Assembly (NCBI GenBank): GCA_036679605.1
Contig: JAZDCZ010000051.1
Coordinates: forward strand, 1 to 17,751
DNA: 17,751 nucleotides
Direction of reading: 5' to 3'
Origin: Gemmatimonadota bacterium
Lineage (GTDB): Bacteria; Gemmatimonadota; Gemmatimonadetes; Gemmatimonadales; GWC2-71-9
Position numbers and translations under genes: made by a program. Below are positions 6,907 through 14,500 of this stretch, in pieces. The notes below the pieces were generated by a model that was not told the origin of the DNA, made no database searches, and saw nothing but the letters and a program-made list of their open reading frames with translations. How positions within the stretch are numbered: the stretch's first letter is position 1; the number at the start of each line of letters is the position of its first letter.

Positions 6907-7886
6907 TGATCAGACAAAGGAGGCGACTCCCTTTCCTAACCCCGTATCGGCACGTCTTTATAATAGCGGCGCTTACACTGTGTATTCTCGGCTCGAGCGC
7001 CGACGCCGAGGAATTCGTGATTGGCGCCAACTCCCCCGGTACAGCCTTTGACGCCTTGATCGACGGCTTCCCCGGGCTAGCGTCGATGGACGGTATCGCC
7101 GATTTCGGCGGCAACAGGTTGGGTATCGCACTGAAAACGCAGGTTACCGAAGAGCGCGCCCTCCTCGAATTTTCACTGGATGCGCTGGCCGGTCTTACTG
7201 CACCCGACATCGAAACAGCGACGCTGACGTTCAACATTGACGATGTACTCACAACGTTTGGTCCGGGCACCTCATTCGACGCTACAGCGGCGGAGAGAAT
7301 CCTACTGTTCGCCTACGCGGGAAACGGAGTCATTGAGTTGGGCGATTTTGAAGAAGCGGTAGGGCCACCGTTCGCCGTAGTGGATACTTCCACCGTCGGC
7401 GTGATTGCCGACGCCTCATTGACCGTCTCCGGGCCCTTGTTTTTTTCAGTTGATGCGCACCCGGTACTCGCAAACCGCTTGATCGCCGGAGATACACACC
7501 TCGGTATTATTTTTGTGACCGACGACGATCAAACCGGGACCTCGCTCGACGATCTCGGCAACGGCGCCGGCGGTCCGCCCGGCATCGGCGGCTCGATCCT
7601 GCCCTTTCTCACTATCACGACGCGAATCGTTACGACCACGACCAGCACGACGATCAGTACGACAACGACCACGACGATGGAGTCGGCAATGTGTGGCGAC
7701 GCAAATTTGAACGGTAGGATCACGGCTTCCGACGCATTGATAGTTCTGCGTATTGCCGTCGGCGTGGGGTCGTGTCGGGCTCAGGTTTGCGACGTCGACG
7801 CGAACGGTACGATCTCGGCTAGTGATGCACTGCGGGTGCTCCAGGTGGCGGTGGGGCTACCGGTGGAGTTGAACTGCGTTGGTTAA
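6903..7886 (+). CDS. Secreted protein B: paralogue of protein A N-domain + Thr-rich linker + Cys-flanked dockerin-like (duplicated EF-hand-like) domain
   Basis: ATGA overlap with the receptor stop; signal peptide ending ADA; shared motifs DGFPG, NIDDVLxTFGPGT, YAGNG and GTSLDDLG. Poly-Thr linker, then CGDANLNGRITASDALIVLRIAVG / CDVDANGTISASDALRVLQVAVG (7692-7886). Confidence 0.88.
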   Translation: MMIRQRRRLPFLTPYRHVFIIAALTLCILGSSADAEEFVIGANSPGTAFDALIDGFPGLASMDGIADFGGNRLGIALKTQVTEERALLEFSLDALAGLTAPDIETATLTFNIDDVLTTFGPGTSFDATAAERILLFAYAGNGVIELGDFEEAVGPPFAVVDTSTVGVIADASLTVSGPLFFSVDAHPVLANRLIAGDTHLGIIFVTDDDQTGTSLDDLGNGAGGPPGIGGSILPFLTITTRIVTTTTSTTISTTTTTTMESAMCGDANLNGRITASDALIVLRIAVGVGSCRAQVCDVDANGTISASDALRVLQVAVGLPVELNCVG

Positions 7887-7952
7887 GAGTGAACCGCGAC
7901 GTTGAGTTTGCCGACAACGATGAGGAGCACCTAGCTCTGTATGGAGGAAAAA

Positions 7953-9026
7953 ATGAAAACACAGAGCAAACGCGCACCTGAAACACTGTCGCCCGGTGGC
8001 TTGTATGAAGCGTGGGCCGAGCTGCAACGCTATGAGCCCGGCGTACGTGCCCACGATGCGGCTGAGGCGCTCGAGGTTAGCGAAGCCGATTTGGTAGCAA
8101 GTACGTGCGGAGATACCGCTACACGGCTGGACGGTCCTTGGGACGAGATGCTGGCTGGGCTCCATCGAATGGGCCAGTTAACCACAGTAACACGGAATGA
8201 GTGTGCCGTTCACGAGACCGTCGGCCGTTACGGCCGTGTACATGTCATGGGTGGGAACCTCTTCGTCCGAGGTGTTGGAATCGACCTGCGTTTGTTAACC
8301 GGCAAGTGGCATGTGGGATTCGCGGTTCGCAGGTCGACGGAAGCGGGTCCGCGTTACAGCCTGCAGTTTTTCGACCGCCACGGGATCGCCGTACACAAGA
8401 TCTACCTGGGAGAGGAGGTACGCCAAGATGCGTACGAGAGCCTCGTCAACCGCCATGCGCACGATGACCAGAGCACCGCCCAAAACACGGATGCCCCCGA
8501 GAGTCGAACCGCCGACCATCCTGATGGCCAAGTCAATGTGGATACGCTTCGAACCCGGTGGGCGTCGCTCGAGGACACACACGACTTCACCCCGATGCTC
8601 GCAGAACAAGGCGTCTCGCGTCTGCAAGCACTGCGTTTGGCCGGCAACGATTTCGCTCGCCGACTCCCCCCACCGGCACTCCGCCGCCTGATGCACGGAG
8701 CCCACGCAGCAGGCATCCCCGTTATGGTATTCGTTCCTAACTCCGGGGCGGTTCAGATCTCCACCGGGCCCGTCGGTCGCGTACGCTTGACGAACGGATG
8801 GACAAACGTAACGTCACCGACATTCACTCTTCACGTCCGTGACGACCGTATCGATTCTGTATGGGTTGTACAAAAACCTACCGTTGACGGAGTCGTGACA
8901 TCCCTCGAACTGTATACCGCCGACGGTGAGAACGTCGTGCTCTTTTACGGCGAGCGAAATCCCGGACACGCCGAGTCGCTCGTTTGGCGTGATCTCGTTG
9001 CATGGGTGGAACGCGGCAAACGATGA
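7953..9026 (+). CDS. hemS: Haemin-degrading/haem-trafficking protein, HemS/ChuS/HmuS family
   Basis: Two-repeat HemS architecture: DAAEALEVSEADLV, TRNECAVHE, IDLRL, SLQFFDRHGIAVHKIYL, DTHDF (haem His), VMVFV.N.GAVQI.TG and WVVQKPTVDGVVTSLELY. ATG 7953 follows a GGAGG SD (ATG 7941 is the alternative). Confidence 0.92.
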   Translation: MKTQSKRAPETLSPGGLYEAWAELQRYEPGVRAHDAAEALEVSEADLVASTCGDTATRLDGPWDEMLAGLHRMGQLTTVTRNECAVHETVGRYGRVHVMGGNLFVRGVGIDLRLLTGKWHVGFAVRRSTEAGPRYSLQFFDRHGIAVHKIYLGEEVRQDAYESLVNRHAHDDQSTAQNTDAPESRTADHPDGQVNVDTLRTRWASLEDTHDFTPMLAEQGVSRLQALRLAGNDFARRLPPPALRRLMHGAHAAGIPVMVFVPNSGAVQISTGPVGRVRLTNGWTNVTSPTFTLHVRDDRIDSVWVVQKPTVDGVVTSLELYTADGENVVLFYGERNPGHAESLVWRDLVAWVERGKR

Positions 9027-9946
9027 AAACGTCGAGCATACTCGAGAAGCGCGCGTTTATCTCAGCGCTGCGAAGATGTCTGCGGTCAGTCGCGTTGATC
9101 GCTTTCCTACTGGTCTCGGTGTCGGGGCGCGTGAATGCCGCGGAGAACACACGCATTGTTTCGATCGGAGGCGCCGTAACCGAGACGATTTTCGCATTGA
9201 AAGCCGGGCATCTTGTAGTCGGAGTGGATACCACGAGCGGCTGGCCGAACGAGGTGACAAGGTTGCCGCAAGTCGGCTACAAGAGAACTCTCTCCGCCGA
9301 AGGAATTCTCTCACTAGCGCCTTCTCTGGTCATCGCATCCGGTGACGCGGGACCGCCGCAAGCTCTTGCCAGTCTGGCCGATGCCGGCGTGCGCACTGTA
9401 TCGATACCCTTGGCCCTATCGGTAGCGGCAGCACAAGGAAATATCCTACGTATCGGGGAACTGCTCGGCGCGAACGAGCAGGCCACCGCACTAGCCAGGA
9501 TCCTTGCCGAGGAAGTGACATCGGCGCACAGTCGCGTCTCGAGAGAGAATAGGGCGCCGCGTGTTCTGTTCGTGGTCAATCCCCCGGGTCTGGGGTTTGC
9601 GCTCGCTGCCGGACGCAACACGGCGGCCGATACGATGATTCGGCTTGCCGGCGGCACCAACGTAATCGACGCGTTCGAGGGTTACCGGCCGCTAACCGGC
9701 GAAGCCGCGGTCGCGTCTTCGCCAGGAATCATTCTGGTAACGCGGGGGACTTTACAACGCACCGGTGGAGTGGATCGTTTTCTCGAAGTTGCAGCGCTTC
9801 GTCTGACCCCCGCCGGGCGCAGGCACAGAGTAAAGGAAATACCCAACTACGCTCTCGATTTTGGCCCGCGAACGGGTCGTGCATTGCGCGAATTGGTCGA
9901 TTTATTGTACGCACCGCTCGAAAATCCCGAGGAGTCACCGTCGTGA
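9023..9946 (+). CDS. hmuT: Haem ABC transporter periplasmic binding protein
   Basis: RIVSIGGAVTETIFAL, VGVDTTS, QVGYKRTLSAEGILSLAP (haem-ligating Tyr motif) and FGPRT; ATGA coupling with hemS. Confidence 0.92.
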   Translation: MKTSSILEKRAFISALRRCLRSVALIAFLLVSVSGRVNAAENTRIVSIGGAVTETIFALKAGHLVVGVDTTSGWPNEVTRLPQVGYKRTLSAEGILSLAPSLVIASGDAGPPQALASLADAGVRTVSIPLALSVAAAQGNILRIGELLGANEQATALARILAEEVTSAHSRVSRENRAPRVLFVVNPPGLGFALAAGRNTAADTMIRLAGGTNVIDAFEGYRPLTGEAAVASSPGIILVTRGTLQRTGGVDRFLEVAALRLTPAGRRHRVKEIPNYALDFGPRTGRALRELVDLLYAPLENPEESPS

Positions 9947-10995
9947 GACCTTCCGCGTGGTTACTACCGACACTGGCTGTGTTGCTGGTATTGGTGGCGC
10001 TGACCTCGATGACCGTCGGAGCGGTGGAAACCTCAGCCGGTCAAGTGATCACGATTTTGGCCCGGCCGTTTGGCTTCGAATTGCCTTGGCCATCGACTCA
10101 TACCCAACAGGCCGTCGTCCTATACCTACGTCTGCCTCGCGTCATCCTCGGCTCGTTGGTCGGCGCTGCCCTCGCAGTCGCGGGCGCGGCCACACAGGGC
10201 TTGTTCCGAAACCCACTCGCCGACCCGGGTTTGATCGGTATTGCGGCAGGTGCCGCTCTGGCCGTCGTCACGACGATCGTGATTGGGGATCAAGTGCCGG
10301 TGATGAACTCGTCTGTCGCCGCCCTGCTGAACCGTCTCGCAGTTCCGACAGCGGCTTTTGTCGGCGCACTGGCAACAACGTTCATCGTCTATCGGTTATC
10401 GCTGGTATCGGGCCGCACCGTGGTCGCGATGATGCTGCTCGCAGGGATCGGTATCAACGCACTCGCCGGCTCGGCGACTGGATTGCTCGTTTACCTGGCC
10501 GACGACCAAGAGTTACGATCGGTTACGTTTTGGACCTTGGGAAGCCTAGCCGGAGCTTCATGGCCGTCTCTGTCGGTGGCCGGACCCATCATGTTCATCA
10601 CGGTGCTCGTGTTGCCGCGCTTCGGTTTGCCACTCAATGCCATGGTCCTGGGCGAGTCGGCGGCAACTCACCTAGGGATCGACGTACAGCGCACCAAGCG
10701 CATGCTTGTCACACTCGTCGCCCTGGGGGTGGGAGCGGCTGTATCGGTAGCAGGCATGGTAGGATTCATCGGGCTAGTCGTACCTCATTTGCTTCGCCTC
10801 ACCGTCGGGCCTGACCATCGTCGCCTTCTTCCCGCGTCAGCCCTGTTGGGCGCTAGCCTTACCATAGGAGCCGACTCGGCCGCTAGAACACTGGTTTCTC
10901 CGGCGGAACTGCCACTGGGCATTCTCACGGCACTTTGCGGCGCACCCTTCCTGCTCTGGTTGCTTCGTAGCGAACGGCGACAGGGGTATTTATGA
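9943..10995 (+). CDS. hmuU: Haem ABC transporter permease (FecCD family)
   Basis: LRLPRVILG...QGLFRNPLADPGLIG, GESAATHLGIDV and GFIGLVVPHLLR; GTGA overlap. Confidence 0.93.
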   Translation: MRPSAWLLPTLAVLLVLVALTSMTVGAVETSAGQVITILARPFGFELPWPSTHTQQAVVLYLRLPRVILGSLVGAALAVAGAATQGLFRNPLADPGLIGIAAGAALAVVTTIVIGDQVPVMNSSVAALLNRLAVPTAAFVGALATTFIVYRLSLVSGRTVVAMMLLAGIGINALAGSATGLLVYLADDQELRSVTFWTLGSLAGASWPSLSVAGPIMFITVLVLPRFGLPLNAMVLGESAATHLGIDVQRTKRMLVTLVALGVGAAVSVAGMVGFIGLVVPHLLRLTVGPDHRRLLPASALLGASLTIGADSAARTLVSPAELPLGILTALCGAPFLLWLLRSERRQGYL

Positions 10996-11837
10996 GCCTT
11001 ACAGTCGTTAACGGTACGGCCACACGGCTAGGAAAATCGGTTCTCGACAACGTTTCGGTTGAGATCACGCCGGGACGGGTATTAGCGATCATTGGTGCCA
11101 ACGGCGCCGGGAAATCGTCACTCATCAAGGTAGCCGCAGGCGACCTGAAGCTCGCGCGCGGCAGCGTGACACTCGGTGGTAAACCGCTGGCCGACTGGTC
11201 GATCAAACAACGCGCGCAGGTTCGCGCGGTACTTCCGCAGACCAGCGACGCCGCGATGGGCTTTCGGGTTTCGGATTTGGTTTTGCTCGGACGAATTCCG
11301 CACAACGGCGGCGTCGCAACCTGCAGTGATCACTCAATTGCTGCCCGCTGCTTGGAAGCGGTTGACGCATCTCACCTGGCGGGGCGTGTGTATTCTACAT
11401 TATCAGGCGGGGAGCAACAGCGGATCCATATAGCACGCGTGTTCACGCAGATTTGGGTGCCGTCGCAACAGAAACCCTGCCGTTATTTGCTTCTCGACGA
11501 ACCCACCACGGCTCTCGACTTGTGTCACCAGCACGAAATCTTGGGACTCGTCCGTAGGCTGGCTCGAAAAAACGTCGGGGTGGCTGTGGTACTACACGAC
11601 TTGAATCTGGCAGCTCGTTACGCCGACCGTATCTGCTTGCTGGATCACGGTCGCAGCGTTTCGATCGGGACTCCGGACGAAGTGTTGAACGCCAAGACAA
11701 TCGCCGGCGCATTGGGTATCCGCGTTGCTGTTCGCCGTCACCCGGATTTCGACTGCCCGCTCGTTCTTTACCTCGGCAAGACCGGATCGCGACTTCCGCC
11801 CACGCACCAGAATACTATGGAGGAAATAGCAGTATGA
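10992..11837 (+). CDS. hmuV: Haem ABC transporter ATP-binding protein
   Basis: Walker A GANGAGKS, signature LSGGEQQR, Walker B LLLDEPT and H-loop VLHDLNLA. Confidence 0.93.
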   Translation: MSLTVVNGTATRLGKSVLDNVSVEITPGRVLAIIGANGAGKSSLIKVAAGDLKLARGSVTLGGKPLADWSIKQRAQVRAVLPQTSDAAMGFRVSDLVLLGRIPHNGGVATCSDHSIAARCLEAVDASHLAGRVYSTLSGGEQQRIHIARVFTQIWVPSQQKPCRYLLLDEPTTALDLCHQHEILGLVRRLARKNVGVAVVLHDLNLAARYADRICLLDHGRSVSIGTPDEVLNAKTIAGALGIRVAVRRHPDFDCPLVLYLGKTGSRLPPTHQNTMEEIAV

Positions 11838-12055
11838 ATCACTCAAGCGAACTTCAAGCGCACGGCCAACGCATCGTAGCGCGATCGAAAGTGTGCGAGG
11901 TGCAATGTTGTGGTTGTGGGATGATCCATGTGTTGATCGGCTCGATTACACTGCATCTCACACCCAACGCGTTTAAATCCGTAAGCGACACTATGGGAAA
12001 CGCGGTGCGTCGCTTAACCAAGACCGACGAGCAGCCCCCCGAATTTCTTTGCTAA
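11834..12055 (+). CDS. Small Cys/His-rich hypothetical protein (73 aa)
   Basis: GGAGG SD; ATGA overlap with hmuV and TAATG overlap with exbB; motif CEVQCCGCGMIHVLIGSITLHL. Confidence 0.72.
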   Translation: MNHSSELQAHGQRIVARSKVCEVQCCGCGMIHVLIGSITLHLTPNAFKSVSDTMGNAVRRLTKTDEQPPEFLC

Positions 12056-12750
12056 TGCTTGACGCTTCGCTGCTTGGTGCGCTGGAGATTTTCGAGCGTG
12101 GCGGCGTACTCATGCCCGTCTTGCTATTGTTATCGGTGATTGCAATGGCAACCGCGCTGTTAAAGCTGTACCAGTTCCACCGCTACGCTCTTAGGCGCTT
12201 GGACTTCATCAACCCAGCCGTTGCCATGATCCGCTCCGGCGATACCGAGGCCGCGTTGAAAGTCCTGGCTGGCACGCACAATCCGATAGCGCGCGCTTTG
12301 GAGGCAGGCGGGCTCACGCTGGATGCTTCGGAAAGTGGAACCCCGGTCGACCCAAAAGCGGAGATGATTAGGGTCGGTAATTGTCAACTGCGTGAACTCG
12401 GGACTTGGCTGCGAGTATTGTCCTCCGTAACACAAGTCAGTCCGATGCTCGGTTTACTTGGTACGGTCGGCGGGATGATTTCAGCTTTCGGAAAACTGGA
12501 AGAGGCCGGTTCCTTGGCGAACCCGGCGCTTTTGTCGGGGGGAATATCGGCGGCTTTGTTGACGACCGCGTCTGGCTTGGTGATCGCCATACCGTCGATG
12601 ATCGCATTGCAGTACTTCGAAGGAGAAATTGACCGTGTCCGCGAGGCCATGCAGGACGCTGGTGCGCGCATCCTGAGTGGCATTCGTACGGCAGACGGTT
12701 TCGTCGAGCGCGGTAAGAGAGCATTACAGGCCGTAGGTCATGGAGCTTGA
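12055..12750 (+). CDS. exbB: MotA/TolQ/ExbB proton-channel protein
   Basis: GGVLMPVLLLLS, SPMLGLLGTVGGMISAF and LSGGISAALLTTASGLVIAIP; ATG 12055 overlaps the upstream TAA. Confidence 0.92.
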   Translation: MLDASLLGALEIFERGGVLMPVLLLLSVIAMATALLKLYQFHRYALRRLDFINPAVAMIRSGDTEAALKVLAGTHNPIARALEAGGLTLDASESGTPVDPKAEMIRVGNCQLRELGTWLRVLSSVTQVSPMLGLLGTVGGMISAFGKLEEAGSLANPALLSGGISAALLTTASGLVIAIPSMIALQYFEGEIDRVREAMQDAGARILSGIRTADGFVERGKRALQAVGHGA

Positions 12751-13141
12751 ACGTAGATCGAAGCTGGCGACTAAATTGGAACTGGCACCGCTTGTGGATG
12801 TCGTGTTTCTGTTGCTGATATTTTTTTTGCTAACCAGCGTGTATGTCGTTCCTCAGTCCGTAGAGGTGAATCTGCCGGTATCGGCGAACGCCAAATCGCC
12901 TTTGAGGGCGACGATCACAGTAAGCTTGGCTACCGATCGCTCCATTACCGTCGAAGGTAAACGAGTAGATTGGTCCGCGTTGCGTGCCCGCGTCGAATCA
13001 ATCCTGCAGCCCAATTCCAAGCAAACGATAGCCCTGCATGCGAGCGCAGATGTCTCCGTACAAGACCTGCTAGCAGTGATGGACGTATTGCGCGCCGCCG
13101 GTGGCCGCAACATCGCTCTGGCCGCCCGGCCTGAGGCCTGA
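12740..13141 (+). CDS. exbD: ExbD/TolR biopolymer transport protein
   Basis: LAPLVDVVFLLLIFFLLTS, VNLP and VMDVLRAAG. Confidence 0.92.
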   Translation: MELERRSKLATKLELAPLVDVVFLLLIFFLLTSVYVVPQSVEVNLPVSANAKSPLRATITVSLATDRSITVEGKRVDWSALRARVESILQPNSKQTIALHASADVSVQDLLAVMDVLRAAGGRNIALAARPEA

Positions 13142-13145
13142 GGGC

Positions 13146-13883
13146 TTGCGGATCACCCGACGACATCGAGTAGCCGCCCTTGCGGGCGCCCTCGCCATCC
13201 ATGTCGTCGCGTTGGCCGGCCTGGGCGCGATACGGTCGAAACACCCCATTGTTCCTGCCCCGCACATGGTCATTTCGATCCAGAAAGTGAGCCTTCGTGA
13301 GAGCGCACCGCTAACCCACATCACGTCGCCGCAGTCCCCCGTCGAAGACAGTACGGCGAAACCGGCCACGTCGAAAAGTATCCCACCTGCCGCTGCTGTC
13401 CCGAAGCGCACGCATACCGTCGCCAAGCCCCTGGAGCGCACCCATGTGACAAAACCGGCACGAACAGCGACATCTTCCAAACCCGAGCGGGATAGAAAAG
13501 CTGATGCCGACGACAAAACGAATATCGCCAAAACCGAATCCTCCAGCCGCATACGTCCGCAGTCGAACTCGGCCGTGACGCAGAACGAAGTGGTACACGC
13601 ACGCTATGTTCAGCTTCTTGCCGCGTGGTTGGACAAACACAAGTACTACCCACGACGCGCCGTGCGACTCGGGTTGGAAGATACGGTGATCGAACGTATC
13701 CGTATAGCGCGGGACGGCTCGGTGATTGCCCACAAACCTTCACGCCCAGCCGCGTACTCCATTTTCACCTCATCGGTAGAGGAAATGGTCGAACGTGCGG
13801 ATCCGTTTCCACCCATTCCCGATCAACTGACTGTCGACACGCTCGAGTTCGAGGTGCCGGTGCGGTTTACGCTTCCAGACTAA
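13146..13883 (+). CDS. tonB: Energy transducer TonB
   Basis: N-terminal TM with ALAIH, P/K/T-rich linker, C-domain KYYPRRAVRLGLED...ADPFPPIP...VPVRF. TTG 13146 is the probable start (ORF open from 13101). Confidence 0.85.
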   Translation: MRITRRHRVAALAGALAIHVVALAGLGAIRSKHPIVPAPHMVISIQKVSLRESAPLTHITSPQSPVEDSTAKPATSKSIPPAAAVPKRTHTVAKPLERTHVTKPARTATSSKPERDRKADADDKTNIAKTESSSRIRPQSNSAVTQNEVVHARYVQLLAAWLDKHKYYPRRAVRLGLEDTVIERIRIARDGSVIAHKPSRPAAYSIFTSSVEEMVERADPFPPIPDQLTVDTLEFEVPVRFTLPD

Positions 13884-13969
13884 CCGGAAGTTCCCACCGT
13901 CCGCCAGAGGTTCATCGTCGGTCGGTTCATGGCACGATACAACAGTTCCACTTTCCTTTTCTGGTCGAA

Positions 13970-14482
13970 TTATCTGTTTGCGATCATACGGTCGCGCAAT
14001 GCTTCGAATTTCTCTATTTGCGCGGGGATCAATCGCCGTTCTTCATCGCGGCCAAGATAAATCTTGAACATGCATCCCCCATCCCTATTATAGAATTGAA
14101 CCGAACGAGTGTCGCTCGAAAACAGCTTGCGGGAAACGAAGCTGATAGAGGCGCAGTCGTCGGCCTTCACGTGCCCGCCGATCGGCTTGCCCTGCAGATT
14201 GTAGAAGCCGTGGGCCATCTCGCCTTCGGGAACGCTACCCTTGACTTCCAGAATGAGGTCGGTCGTGTTTACAATAAAGGTGACCTCACCCCACGTTGCG
14301 ATCTCTAACATCACCCGCATGAATTCATCACCACCGATGGTCGAGACTTCTCTTTCCGGTAGGCAGGAAATTACATCGGCTGTTGTGACATCGTGCTGCT
14401 CGGCAATCTGCTCCAGGACCGCGCCTGGATTCTGCGCCAGCGACGCGGCAACGGCTTCACGTGTTTCTGCGGTCAAGTTCAC
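13970..14482 (-). CDS. hutX: Cytosolic haem carrier HutX/ChuX
   Basis: WGEVTFIVNT.D.ILE.KG..P.G..AHGFYNL.G..IGGH, SVQFYN.DG.CMFKIYLGRDE.R.L; adjacent to hutW. Confidence 0.92.
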   Translation of the reverse strand: MNLTAETREAVAASLAQNPGAVLEQIAEQHDVTTADVISCLPEREVSTIGGDEFMRVMLEIATWGEVTFIVNTTDLILEVKGSVPEGEMAHGFYNLQGKPIGGHVKADDCASISFVSRKLFSSDTRSVQFYNRDGGCMFKIYLGRDEERRLIPAQIEKFEALRDRMIANR

Positions 14483-14500
14483 GGTTTTTTCCTCATCATC

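Noticed and set aside
7632..7676. ACG/ACC-rich low-complexity repeat
   Set aside because: Explained by the poly-Thr linker of protein B.
13884..13969. Terminator or truncated hutZ/chuY stub between tonB and hutX
   Set aside because: No strong hairpin with a U tract, and the short - strand frame (MNRPTMNLWRTVGTSG) has no recognisable similarity.
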